A DNA stretch of 61,211 nt, filler included, from Globobulimina sp. (taxonomy: Eukaryota), in NCBI GenBank assembly GCA_003354225.1. It is 17 parts of 17 records of this genome, joined end to end, with 100 filler letters (N's around TTAATTAATTAA, not from the genome) between each part and the next. Parts side by side here need not be neighbours in the genome. Positions count along the whole stretch, not along the records: positions 32,473 to 35,979 come from PIVH01002637.1; positions 36,080 to 39,585 come from PIVH01002638.1; positions 39,686 to 43,190 come from PIVH01002639.1; positions 43,291 to 46,795 come from PIVH01002640.1; 13 more parts are not named here. One strand, given 5' to 3'. Positions within the stretch are counted from its first letter, which is position 1. Each line of letters opens with the position of its first letter. Below are positions 35,090 to 46,213 of the stretch, one piece after another. Made by a program: the position numbers and the translations under genes. Below the pieces are notes generated by a model, which saw only the letters and a list, made by a program, of their open reading frames with translations, searched no databases and was not told the origin of the DNA.

Positions 35090-35979
35090 AAATGTGGAAA
35101 GAATGCATACACAAAACTGTACGTACCCTAAATTCTTCTCTCTTTTTTGCGACCACAAATTGCCAGTGCATTTTAATTTGTTCCTGAATTTGTATCTTCT
35201 TAGCAGGGTCATCACTTCTTACAGCTGCAGCTTTATCAAGTTTCAAGATCTGGCAAATGCTACAATACGAAGCATGACGAATCTATAATGAGACAAATGC
35301 ACAATGTAAAAGGTCGAATATGATGGGATGAGCAAGCGATTGAGAAGTAAAAATACGTGCAAAACAATACCGCAAAAGTGATTGTTTCTCCATTTCTCAT
35401 GAACAACTCCTCTCTGTCTTCAAGAAACACAGGATGATTATTCAATTGTACCCGATTCATGTGTCCAGTGACTGTATCTCGAGCGGAATAATACTGTCGA
35501 CGACTCTCTGGTAGATTCTAAAATGTAAAACACTTGAGGTATTGTATGGCAGCTGCTTTACTTTCCCAAATTAAGGTGCATGCCATTTCAATAAATTGCT
35601 TGGGTATACATACCGTAATAACTTTTTTATAGCTTACAAATATTTCTGTCGACATTTCTGCACTGTACTGTACAATTAGATAACAGTATCATGAACAAAC
35701 TTACATTCCACCATTTTTCAATTTTCAATGATGATAATCCACATGTTAGCGACCGAAAATATTGTTTACCAAGCATGGCTTCTCGTTCTCGAGCGGAATG
35801 GATAACAAATTTAATGTGCAGTGCAACAAAAGTATATTGGAGTTAGCAAAACCAACTGCAAATGCAACTGTTTGTTACCAGCAGTGTAGAAATGACACGC
35901 ACGCAGAAAAACCGATTATCTCTGAAAACACATTCTGTATATACAGTAATCAGTCCAAGGGCAATTTCCAGTTGGCATC
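35090..35979 (-). pseudogene. Intron-rich gene remnant, possibly transposon-derived
   Basis: Short GT-AG introns join exons reading ...KWWN / YSAE...VIT / NLPESRRQ...ITFA / IRHASYCSICQILK...HWQFVVAKKREEFR. There is an in-frame TGA near the contig end. Confidence 0.35.
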
Positions 35980-36251
35980 NNNNNNNNNNNNNNNNNNNNN
36001 NNNNNNNNNNNNNNNNNNNNNNNTTAATTAATTAANNNNNNNNNNNNNNNNNNNNNNNNNNNNNNNNNNNNNNNNNNNNATCATTGTAAGAGCTCAGGAA
36101 ATATAAAATTGGAAGCATTCCTGCACGAATTTGAGATGACATTATATGATGAATGCATACCTAATCAAAAAATTTCACTTCACTTCACTTCACTTCACTT
36201 CATAATGGCACCTTATCAATAATTGTAAAGGACGAAGTCAATACAACTTAT

Positions 36252-36473
36252 CATTGTACGTCAAGTACGCATTGGTGAATATCAACTGCTACAATTTGGC
36301 TATTGTCAAACCACGCATTGGTAAAATCAATTTGCAACATCTTGGCAAGTGATAAATAAATCAAACAATAATTTGCATTGTACGTCAAGTACGCATTGGT
36401 GAATATCAATCGCTATAATTTGGCTACTGTCAAACCACGCATTGGTAAAATCAATTTGCTACGTCTTGGCAAG
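36252..36473 (+). repeat. Two 98-bp direct repeats (124-bp period), each made of two ~45-bp subunits
   Basis: 36252-36349 matches 36376-36473. The core acgcattggt occurs four times. A (TTCAC)n run lies at ~36174-36201. Confidence 0.92.
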
Positions 36474-36562
36474 CAAACAAACACCGAGAGCTAAATAAAT
36501 CAAACACCAAAGAGCTCATACAACGCAGAGATTTATTACAAACACTCTCTAAACAACATAAT

Positions 36563-37966
36563 ATGGACAATAAAGAGGAACAATATCAACCAGAATGGAA
36601 AAGAGATCATAATTATTTTATTTCGAACAGAATGATTCGCTATGATCCTTCAGACAGAAATCAAATAAATATTAAATTCCGCGAATTTGCGGATTATATA
36701 TCAATTGTAAACCCTCTGTACATCGAAGATGCAAAAAAATTGTATGGAATTGAATTAATTGTACATTCAACACAAAAACGATATTTATCTCAACACGGAT
36801 TCCCATTCATGTTAGAAAATGATGGAAAAATCGAACAAAATATCCGACAAAATATCCGATTGATTGTTATTTAAAACTTCAATTAAAACACTTTGACAAT
36901 GGCTACTTTACGCTAGCCGAAAGCTCAGTGATCAAACAAACAATAGACTCAACTAATTCGTACTATAAACTACTTTATACTTTTTACAATTAAAAATATG
37001 TTACAATCTCGTGCAAATTGTAAAAATTGGTGGCAATCACATGAAATTTGCGAAAATAATATGGCAATTTCCCATAAATGAGTCGGCAGAGAATCAATTG
37101 AGTGAAACAATACAATTAGTAAACCAATACATTATTCGCAATCAAAATATCCAAGAAAAATTAGCATCAAATAACACCAAAAACGGAAAAAAAGCTAACA
37201 TTGGGGATCATACGATCATAAGACATATCCCTACAAATACACATTAATAGGAATGGAGTTAGGTTTTGACTCCGTGGACATAAAAAATCTCCGTTCACTA
37301 AAATTAATCACAAGAACACTACTAAATAATATCAAAGGAACCACAGCGACAACCATTGCCTGGAGAGCACAATTTAATTCATCACAAAGTAAGTTTAATA
37401 GTCGCGAAATTAGAATATTCTCCTTAACTAAATTTGATTTAATCCCTGAAGGAGAGAGACAAATTAAATTAACACATTGGTGGATAGCTAACGTGCAAAT
37501 AAAATATACATTGATATTAAAACGAATCGGTCGAATAAAAATTGAGCCGGATAAGCAAGCTCTGTACAATAATGATTATGTAAAGACGCAATTTGAGGTT
37601 GAAATAGAAAATCGAACATATCAATCACTGTACGCACAAATTAATAATATTGCATACAAGAATAATGTACATCAGGCACCGCTATATTCGATACAGAATG
37701 AACTAAATAAAATAAGTAATAATATCGATATTAATAATCTCATTAATTACGCAATAAATCATCATCAAAACGCATGGAAAGTAATTCAAGACAGTATACG
37801 ATTTGATGTTGTTATTAAAGAGTTAAAAAAACAGCAAAATCAACAATACCAATCATCAAATAATGATAATGAAGATGTTAAAATTTCAAATCAATCAACA
37901 ATTAATAAATTAAACTCAATGGTCAGTGCTTCGATAGATAATAAATCGGAGCACGGACAAAAGTAA
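36563..37966 (+). pseudogene. Fragmented ORF1-like region upstream of a LINE endonuclease
   Basis: Colinear ORFs 36563-36874, 37011-37247 and 37253-37966 share the A-rich strand bias of the APE ORF. No recognised motif. Confidence 0.45.
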
Positions 37967-38259
37967 ACAAGCAACAAAAAGGAAGACCAACAACCTCACA
38001 AATAGTTGGTACACCAACGCATATTTTAATTTATTTAATTTTCTTTTTTGTGTAACGTTGGTGTTTAGAGTGAATTGATTAATTATATTGTGTATATATT
38101 CATATATTTTATAATTTCTTTTGAATTTTGACAATTTCACCAAAACAATAACGTGAGAAACAAACACAAACTTTACATTACGACTTTAATTCTTTTTCTT
38201 TTCTCTTTTTTTACCAATTTTCCCATTTTTCCTTCCTTTTCTTACATTTTTTCTTTCCA

Positions 38260-39585
38260 ATGCCAAGATACAAAAACCCAAACCCAATCAAAATACCCCA
38301 ATCCCAAACATGCACACAATCAATTCGCAACAAACAAACAATAAATCTATTATCAAAAACACGGGAACGTCGCAACGAAACTCACAGAAAAAACCTCTCC
38401 TTATTTAAACTACACAAACCGAGACACAGTAAAAATTCACACAAATATGGTGGTTCCTTAACATGCATTGCATGGAATGTAAATGGTGCACTGAGAAAAA
38501 ATGCGAAAAAATATGTAGACGTTGCTGATGATATCGATAGCTTTGACCCAGATATTGGTATGTTTCAAGAAACGTGCGGTTTCAAATATGTTGGTATACA
38601 ATTCGGAAAAATAGTGACTACCAAAAGTTACCCAGAATGAAACGCATTGCAAATGATTTATATGGCGCCACATCAATATATATTAACAAAAAAAGGATCA
38701 CATCATACATTCCAATCCATTTTCCAGAACATTTATTTGAAAATTTTCCCCCAAAATATCGCATTCACTCATGTGCAGTCATTATTTTCTTAGAAACTAA
38801 AATCCATAGAAATCGCAATTATATAATTTACTGGAATTCCTACAGATCACCAGATAAACATGCTGCATCGACAAAATTAGTATTGAAATTATATAAATTT
38901 ATCTGTTCATTTGTTGAAGATAACGCTCCCACAATAATACACTGTGCAGATTATAATATAAGATCAGAAATAATTGGATGTACACCCCGGAATTTGATAA
39001 AAAATAATGATTTAATGCGTAAATACATTGATGGCGATAACTTATTTTCAATTATGAACAAAAATAAATTGCATTGTGATAATAAATATGGTCAAATCAC
39101 GAGACAGTGTATACAAAAAGGTACAGTGTATAAAGATATCATTGATACAATATTTACAAATATTAACTCAAACCATCATGGTGTAATGTTTGAAAATAAC
39201 TATTTTAATGAAATTACAAATTCTGACCATTTCCCAAATGTTAATACAATCTTAAACCTAAATCCAGCCAAAATACACATTATTTGTACCAAAACCAAAT
39301 GGAATTTTGATAATTTTACTACTGAGAATATCACAGAATTTGTCAATGACATAAAAATCAAATTAAATACATTTAAGGACGTAACTGTAATGAAAATAAA
39401 CATAATCAAATCAGATTTACATATCTTTATAGACACTGTCTGTAAACACATACAAAAAATATTAATAAATTCAGCAAAACATTTTTTTGGACAAATTACC
39501 ATACGTTTTGACCATAAAAAATAGATCACTAAGCCCATAAAAACATTAATCAACAAAATAAGAATTTTAAAAAAAAAATATAAGT
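38260..39585 (+). mobile_element. Apurinic-like (APE/EEP) endonuclease at the start of a non-LTR retrotransposon ORF2, frameshifted
   Basis: CIAWNVNG, DIGMFQET, SYRSP, ADYN, IIDTIF and SDHFP motifs. Frameshift near 38580-38630 and a stop at 39524. Confidence 0.88.
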
Positions 39586-39707
39586 NNNNNNNNNNNNNNN
39601 NNNNNNNNNNNNNNNNNNNNNNNNNNNNNTTAATTAATTAANNNNNNNNNNNNNNNNNNNNNNNNNNNNNNNNNNNNNNNNNNNNATCACACACATACAA
39701 CCACTAG

Positions 39708-41372
39708 CCAATAAGACAGCTGTGGGAAAATCCGCCGAATATTCAAGAACATTTCAATATTAATCTATTCCGAGATTACTTAAGTGATCACCCAAACGGT
39801 GAAATCGAGATTAATCTTATAAAGGATGGATATCCACTTTTTTTGAAGGATAGAGATCCATCTAAATTATCTAAACACGTTTCAAACATTGTCAGGAATA
39901 AGAGAGACTTACATGCAATTTTAAAACGAATGGTAAAGGAAGCAAAGAAAGCATATATAACACAAACACGTACACAATTACATTATAATTTAAATCTTTT
40001 ATGTGTACCAAAACGTAACAACGATACTAATCAATTGACAGAGATACGAGTAGCGAGACATGGTTCTTTTGCTACTCGTACAACAATTTCAGTCAACGAT
40101 TTAATAAACAAGAAAGATTGCAAAATGCCTACACTTCCAAATATTCGTAAATACATTGAACTACTCATAAAATATGATTATGTGTCTCTTAGAGACCTAA
40201 AAGATGCCTTCCGTCAATTAAATTTAGCCTCAGCTGATTCTGAATATATTCAATACTCCATTTTTGGTCTAACTTTTCGAGATCTACGCCAAGCATACGG
40301 TGTTGCATCGGCTGCAGCAAATTGCCAGTACTTTGCACAAATTTTAATTTGGATCCTCCAAAATAAATATCTTCAGTCAACGCAGATTGACCAAATCTTA
40401 GTACATATTGATGATTTTATTCTAGCTGGTCATAATAAACAGGAAGCTTTACTTTTAGCGAATAAATTTGATAAAATGTGTGATGATTTGAATATAAATG
40501 TTTCCCATGTAAAGGATGAAAATGCTATTTGTGATGGCATTGTACATGGTTTTGGTTTCAATTTACAGTCAAAATATGTATATATTCCTAAGCATAAAGG
40601 ATTAAGATTAATAATAAAATATAGATATGCGACAGGACGAGCGCTGGAATCTGTGTGTGGTAAAATTATGCATTGGTCACAGTTTAGAAAACCAGCAAAA
40701 GTGCTCTGTTACAGATTATTACGTTTAATACATAAAAAAATTCGCGCAAATCCAAAATTAAAAAATAAAATATTTTGGGTACCTGATGCTATAATAACAG
40801 ACTTAACATTTTGGCTACAATACGCAGCTTACATGCGTAAGGTGACCATGTATTCAATTATAAATCAACCGGAAATAACAATTACCGGAGCGACAGATGC
40901 CAGTATGATTGGAGGTGGATTTGTAGTGGGAAGTTATTTTGGTGCATACAAATTCATTGACAAACAAAATTTATACGGCATAAATCATAGGAGAATGTCC
41001 ATAAATTATCAGGAAGCGCATGCAATTATTATGATATTGCATAATTATCGCCATCTCCTCACTGGGCGACAACTTTTATTGTACATTGACAACACATCGG
41101 TTTTATTCAGCATTTATAAACATTGGGCCGGAAGTGAACAATTAATGGAATACATCCATGAAATTGTCCTTTTAATGTGTATCTATTCGATTGGTTTGCG
41201 AGTTGAGTTCATTCCATCATCTTTTAATGATTTGGCAGATTCACTATCGAGATTTGATTGGAATCGTTTCTATGAAACCATTGACTTATATAATCTCAAA
41301 ATGAATGATCAACAAACAACACTTGAATATTATCCAACGTTGAAATTACTTCGTAAATATGACTTAGATTAA
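39708..41372 (+). CDS. Reverse transcriptase plus RNase H (DIRS type)
   Basis: The frame is open from ~39708 (LSDHPN...KDGYP). RT motifs are DLKDAFRQL, YGVASA and HIDDF. RNase H motifs are TDAS, INYQEAHAI, YIDNTSV and NDLADSLSR. Confidence 0.92.
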   Translation, partial: PIRQLWENPPNIQEHFNINLFRDYLSDHPNGEIEINLIKDGYPLFLKDRDPSKLSKHVSNIVRNKRDLHAILKRMVKEAKKAYITQTRTQLHYNLNLLCVPKRNNDTNQLTEIRVARHGSFATRTTISVNDLINKKDCKMPTLPNIRKYIELLIKYDYVSLRDLKDAFRQLNLASADSEYIQYSIFGLTFRDLRQAYGVASAAANCQYFAQILIWILQNKYLQSTQIDQILVHIDDFILAGHNKQEALLLANKFDKMCDDLNINVSHVKDENAICDGIVHGFGFNLQSKYVYIPKHKGLRLIIKYRYATGRALESVCGKIMHWSQFRKPAKVLCYRLLRLIHKKIRANPKLKNKIFWVPDAIITDLTFWLQYAAYMRKVTMYSIINQPEITITGATDASMIGGGFVVGSYFGAYKFIDKQNLYGINHRRMSINYQEAHAIIMILHNYRHLLTGRQLLLYIDNTSVLFSIYKHWAGSEQLMEYIHEIVLLMCIYSIGLRVEFIPSSFNDLADSLSRFDWNRFYETIDLYNLKMNDQQTTLEYYPTLKLLRKYDLD

Positions 41373-41395
41373 TTATGTGTAATCTTTGACTTACA

Positions 41396-42811
41396 TTGTT
41401 TAAATATGGCACTTGGGAGAACACAATAAGTGACTCACCCCAAGTTGCCATGCATTTAACTACAAACGTTACTTACTTTGAATTTTTTTCAACCTTACAA
41501 AAACTATATTTTTTTCCTACAAACTACACAGATATAACTGCTCGTTCTGTGTGGAATAGACCATTCGCAAAAAGAGACCCGGAAACAACCAAACGTATAA
41601 TAAGAGATCTTTTCAGATCCAGGCGTATAACCACCAAAGAGAACTATGTCTCAGTTTTAAAAGATTGGTGGGGTTATTGTATTGAGAATGGATATGATAC
41701 ATTCACACCATATGTAAATCCGACAGTAGCAATTTATTGGCAATATGATAGATGTTATCGTTTAGGGTCGTGCAACTCTCACACAACATGGTCCTCAGCT
41801 TTATCTTGGTGGGTTAAATCGTGGGGAAGAACACCAGAATATTATTTTGATGGCTTTTATTGCGATGTACATAAAACAATGTTATCATTATATTCAAAAC
41901 CAAGAAATGAGAGATTACCAATCAAAATCCAATGGATTATTAAATATATTAAATATTTAAAAGTATTACCATCGACTTGGCATACATGTGATTTAAATAA
42001 ATTAACAGAAACATATTTATTATGTATGGCATTTTTTACTATGAGTAGACCGGCGGAGTTATTATTTACAGATAGCACAGAAAATGCACAATGGGAAATA
42101 ATTATCACTGGTTTACGATGGATGGATATCACTTTAAATAATTTAAACAAACCATTTTGTCGGAGATATAAGAAAATCATTATAAACTGGTATAAAAATC
42201 AAGAGTTTCGATCGGAACCAAAAGAGATTTATATGGCTCCACCAGTTTGTAATAAAAGTAATTGTCATTGCCACATTTTGAATTTTTATACAATATATTC
42301 AGTTTTATTGCAACGTAGAAACACTTTGGTGATTAAATTAAAACGGAAATTAGTTACAGCAACAAATAAATCCGAACGCAATAACTTAATTAAACAAATC
42401 ACAAATTTAGATACAAAATCAGACAATTACATCTTTGTTGGAACAAACGGATCAATCTGGAGACCATCAAAACTATCTGAGATTATGAAAAATCTCACCA
42501 AATTTATTGGAGTGAAAAATCCCAAATCATATCCAGCATATAGTATCCGTATAGGTTCAACATCTTTGTGCCATTTACAAGGAATTGATCTATTAAAATT
42601 AATCCGTTATGTAGTATGGTCCATAAAAAATCTACCGCATGTATCAAATCGATACATTTTATTTACAATACCACAATTAAGAATTATCCCATTTGAAATG
42701 ATCCATGGTAGGAACCAACCAGGTGGAAAAACCATAGATAAAAGCAATGGAAAATTAAAACTTTACAATATATGGGATGGAAATTTGAGTGAACAATTGT
42801 TCACAAATTAA
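41396..42811 (+). CDS. Tyrosine recombinase
   Basis: AFFTMSRPAELL (R), YKNQ (K), YIFV, YSIRIGSTS (HxxR position), VVW and NRYI (nucleophile Y). The start codon is uncertain. Confidence 0.85.
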   Translation: MFKYGTWENTISDSPQVAMHLTTNVTYFEFFSTLQKLYFFPTNYTDITARSVWNRPFAKRDPETTKRIIRDLFRSRRITTKENYVSVLKDWWGYCIENGYDTFTPYVNPTVAIYWQYDRCYRLGSCNSHTTWSSALSWWVKSWGRTPEYYFDGFYCDVHKTMLSLYSKPRNERLPIKIQWIIKYIKYLKVLPSTWHTCDLNKLTETYLLCMAFFTMSRPAELLFTDSTENAQWEIIITGLRWMDITLNNLNKPFCRRYKKIIINWYKNQEFRSEPKEIYMAPPVCNKSNCHCHILNFYTIYSVLLQRRNTLVIKLKRKLVTATNKSERNNLIKQITNLDTKSDNYIFVGTNGSIWRPSKLSEIMKNLTKFIGVKNPKSYPAYSIRIGSTSLCHLQGIDLLKLIRYVVWSIKNLPHVSNRYILFTIPQLRIIPFEMIHGRNQPGGKTIDKSNGKLKLYNIWDGNLSEQLFTN

Positions 42812-42986
42812 TTATGACCATAGCGATAATAATACAATTTAAATTGATTGATTCATAAATGACACGAATAAAATAAATCATTTGAAATATAATAATGATT
42901 TATTTTTATATTCTTTTTCTTTGCACACAAAGTCGTGCAATATCTAGTTATTCCACTCAACAACACTCAGGGACACACAGGGAGGT

Positions 42987-43147
42987 GATCGGTTTCAGAA
43001 ACAGTTTTAGTTATACAAAAACGATATTTCTGAATCGATCAAATCGGAGAATAAAGAACCTGACACTTTGTTTTCAGATATACCCGAAAGAAGTCATACA
43101 CAAGTGTTGAATTGAGTGGCCTTATTCAGTAGAGTTCGATCCTCTAC
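42987..43147 (+). other. Array of four adjacent predicted hairpins downstream of the recombinase
   Basis: Inverted repeats at 42987-43040, 43043-43079, 43108-43128 and 43129-43147 (GTAGAG-TTCGATC-CTCTAC). Confidence 0.6.
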
Positions 43148-43393
43148 CTTTTCTGATAAGATATTTTTATGAGCAGTGACATTTTAATATNNNNNNNNNN
43201 NNNNNNNNNNNNNNNNNNNNNNNNNNNNNNNNNNTTAATTAATTAANNNNNNNNNNNNNNNNNNNNNNNNNNNNNNNNNNNNNNNNNNNNGCAAACGTAA
43301 AACACTCTTGTCCCGTAAAATGCTGTGCGAACAGCCAGCGAGCTACCGCAGCTGTGACTCTTGGAATGAAATTTCGCAGCAATATCACATTGA

Positions 43394-43882
43394 TCATTCG
43401 CATGCACAATTGTAATGTTCTGCTAAGCGCCCATACACCAGCACAGCAACAACAGCGCGAACAAGCATGTACATTACCAAGTTTGCAATGTTCAAGTTGG
43501 ACCAAACATGAATTTTGACATGCAAATTACCAGGTTCATCCAACATGTTGTTAATTGATAATTGCACTGCAGTTACTACCACTGTCAGGAGCGCAATGAC
43601 TGCAATCTGTCCAGTGATACGATGATTTCGCGCATTGAATATTTTTGATATTTGCAACCAGGATGTGACGGACCAAACAGCAGTTGCAAGGATATGGATG
43701 GTGAGAGGGGATATGTCAGGCGTTTTGTTGTACCAGGTCCACGTGGAAGTCTTCCAGAATTGACCCGATGTTGAATTCGAAAAGAGATAGATTGTTAATG
43801 TCAAGAAAATAATTTCACCGATACCAACAAATTGTGCGACCTCTAGTGCTGCTTTGCGAGAGGACATTTTCTTTTTATTCAT
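43394..43882 (-). CDS. DUF2306-like membrane protein, 3' end frameshifted or partial
   Basis: HILATAVW..SWLQI...HRITGQIAV pattern and several TM helices. Confidence 0.55.
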   Translation of the reverse strand: MNKKKMSSRKAALEVAQFVGIGEIIFLTLTIYLFSNSTSGQFWKTSTWTWYNKTPDISPLTIHILATAVWSVTSWLQISKIFNARNHRITGQIAVIALLTVVVTAVQLSINNMLDEPGNLHVKIHVWSNLNIANLVMYMLVRAVVAVLVYGRLAEHYNCACE

Positions 43883-44160
43883 TTGTGTCTTTTTCTGTTT
43901 ATTTTAAATTGTTTTGTGTCGAAAAGAGGTTAATTAATTCGGCGAAACGTTCTATAATTATACATCGAGTATGAATAGTGTGTGTTTAGGAGTGTGTGAC
44001 TGACATTAGCTAGTGTCAATCAGAAAAACAATGAGAAAAATAAAAATTTAATTATTGGTGACATTGATATTTTAAATATCACAAAAATTGACCATTGCAG
44101 TCTCATCTTCTGTGATACAAATCAACATTATTTTGTTTCCTTAAATCAGATCACTCCAAA

Positions 44161-45108
44161 TCAATGCAACAATGACAATAAATGGAATTTGATTTGTTTA
44201 CTATTCTTTCCGATGCACCCCAGTCTACAGAACAGATCCGATCCCAAATTGTACTGCATTCCAAATGGCGCAAAAGAGACACCCTCGCTTAGTCTCACTG
44301 GTGACAGCTCGTGCTCACTGAACATAGTATCAATGGCCTTCACACTCTTCAGTGCCTGCTTCAAATATATTTGCTGCAAATCTGCGGCCTTCTGTATCTG
44401 TTCTTTATCAGCAACGCTTCGGTACATTTTGTGCATTAATTCATCGGCTTTGACATGACTGTAACAGATGAAAAAATCCAAATACAATAAATAAATGTGA
44501 TTCATTTTCTCAGATTCCAAATCCATATTTCCCTTCATTAAAGTATCATTGACGGCTTTCAACTCTGCCAATACACCGAACAAATATTCAGTCGTTTCCA
44601 CAAACGTATCAATCTGTTTTTGTGTGGGTGGTTTACCATTTTTGGATGCTTTCAAAGCTTTCATTAATCGATCCAATTCAGTGTACAGTGTTATGATTTT
44701 ACGATTTGCCATGAATAGATTATGCTTCACATTGGGATATTTGTCTTTCTTTGCTGCCAAAAATTGATTGATTTGTTTGATTGTTTTACATTTCCCTGCG
44801 TTGGGCGCACACAATATCTGATAATACATATTTAATTCATCACAAAATCGGACGACAATGTTTTTTTCGTTTCTGAAAAACGTTTCTAAAACGTTGTGAT
44901 AAAATGAGATGTGTTCCAGTGATACCGCGCATGAGTCTTTTTTGTAGTGTTTGATCAGTCTTGTGGCGATATGTGAGGTGTACTCTTTCAGTGCAGCCAT
45001 ATTGTGCCAATCAGGAAATCTGTCGTCGATTTCCTTTTCGTCATATTGCGCATTTCTAACTGCTAACAATGATTTGGCTGTTTCTTGACGAATATATGAG
45101 GCTGACAT
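44161..45108 (-). CDS. Hypothetical helical protein
   Basis: Long open frame. The probable ATG at 45108 (MSASYIRQE) lies just downstream of the RGS gene stop. Confidence 0.7.
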   Translation of the reverse strand: MSASYIRQETAKSLLAVRNAQYDEKEIDDRFPDWHNMAALKEYTSHIATRLIKHYKKDSCAVSLEHISFYHNVLETFFRNEKNIVVRFCDELNMYYQILCAPNAGKCKTIKQINQFLAAKKDKYPNVKHNLFMANRKIITLYTELDRLMKALKASKNGKPPTQKQIDTFVETTEYLFGVLAELKAVNDTLMKGNMDLESEKMNHIYLLYLDFFICYSHVKADELMHKMYRSVADKEQIQKAADLQQIYLKQALKSVKAIDTMFSEHELSPVRLSEGVSFAPFGMQYNLGSDLFCRLGCIGKNSKQIKFHLLSLLH

Positions 45109-45154
45109 GTTTGAAAATGTAGTAAAGTTTTTTATTTTAATTACAGCAAATGTT

Positions 45155-46213
45155 TCACTTTTCGATAACTCCAAGCTCAACGTCACCAAACTCATCAACG
45201 CTGCTCTGAAATCGGCCAAATGAGAAGGACAGAAGTTTGAACATTTCATTGTGGCATTTAATGAACAGTTTTGAGATCCCTCCGACGATATCAGTGGGCA
45301 TATCCTTCTCGCATTGCTCGTCAAACATTATTACAAATTGGGTCCGCAAACGCGAGGGTATATTCAATTCAAACTCGGTTCCCTTTCGTATATATTTATT
45401 GAACAGAGCAAAGCCCATTCCGTAAATATCTTTGCTGCTCTGCTTTTGCTCAATAATGGTCGAATATGGCATCGCATCACACAATTCGACGGCGCTGTAA
45501 TTGTGCCAATTATTGGTCTGTGCAATCTCAGGAAAGACAGACAAAATATATTTCAAAAACTGAGTGCACTCAATAAACGAAACGAATATTTCCAAACTAA
45601 ATTCGCAGTTCAAATGCAGCACAAAAGCGTGGATGGATTGAATCGAGCCCGTCAATAAATGTTTCAACGCTGCTCTCGAATCATCCATGCTTTCCTGAAC
45701 GTAGCCACTCAATAATGGTTTAATAATGGCCACTTTCCCTGCTTTGGAAGAAATGGATTTGTTTTGTCTCAAATGTCCCCTCTCATTACTGTCGCCTGAA
45801 ACCAAATACTCTGCGTCGTGGTCCAAGTCGTACAAATCCGATTTTTTTAAGTTCCAAACAATCAAATAAGTGCAACTGAATGTGATACCAATCTCTGCCC
45901 ATTTCTTGATATGTTCCGCGAATAATATGTAATAAAACGCGCTTTTGTCATGGTTTTTAATTCCGAAAAACATGGCATATAATACGACCCATTGGCATCC
46001 CCAAATCACAGAAAAGATAAACGTCCATTTTGAGGACTGCAAAAAGAAGATATTATCCATGAATTTGGTGTTGCTGCCATTAATGTTTATATTAATATTA
46101 ATGTTATAATTCACATTCACAGTCACTGATTTGCTATGCTTTGCTGTGTTTCGTTGGTTTTTGTCAATGTTCTCCGCCGCGTAATACATAAGGCAGTCGA
46201 TTAAGGGTTGCAC
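45155..46213 (-). CDS. Membrane protein with C-terminal RGS domain
   Basis: Two hydrophobic helices, then FVLHLNCEFSLEIFVSFIE, LFNKYIRKGTEFELNIPSRLR and EMFKLLSFSFGRF. Confidence 0.82.
   Translation of the reverse strand: MQPLIDCLMYYAAENIDKNQRNTAKHSKSVTVNVNYNININININGSNTKFMDNIFFLQSSKWTFIFSVIWGCQWVVLYAMFFGIKNHDKSAFYYILFAEHIKKWAEIGITFSCTYLIVWNLKKSDLYDLDHDAEYLVSGDSNERGHLRQNKSISSKAGKVAIIKPLLSGYVQESMDDSRAALKHLLTGSIQSIHAFVLHLNCEFSLEIFVSFIECTQFLKYILSVFPEIAQTNNWHNYSAVELCDAMPYSTIIEQKQSSKDIYGMGFALFNKYIRKGTEFELNIPSRLRTQFVIMFDEQCEKDMPTDIVGGISKLFIKCHNEMFKLLSFSFGRFQSSVDEFGDVELGVIEK

Larger units (their letters stand above)
39686..43190 (+). mobile_element. Tyrosine-recombinase retrotransposon (DIRS/Ngaro-like), 5'-partial
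   Basis: An RT-RNase H ORF is followed 23 nt later by a same-strand tyrosine recombinase ORF. Confidence 0.9.

Noticed and set aside
36252-36473. CRISPR-like array
   Set aside because: The intervening sequences are themselves repeated, there are no unique spacers and no cas genes, and the context is eukaryotic.
38260-42811. A single novel element combining APE endonuclease, RT-RNase H and tyrosine recombinase
   Set aside because: APE and RT lie on different contigs separated by a spacer, and contigs are ordered by length, so the adjacency is coincidental.
43074-43156. tRNA gene
   Set aside because: A T-arm-like hairpin is present, but no convincing D-arm, anticodon arm or 7-bp acceptor stem.
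45109-45324. Overlapping genes from the 5' extension of ORF 44161-45324
   Set aside because: The extension is an alternative frame of the RGS gene, and a better ATG lies at 45108.
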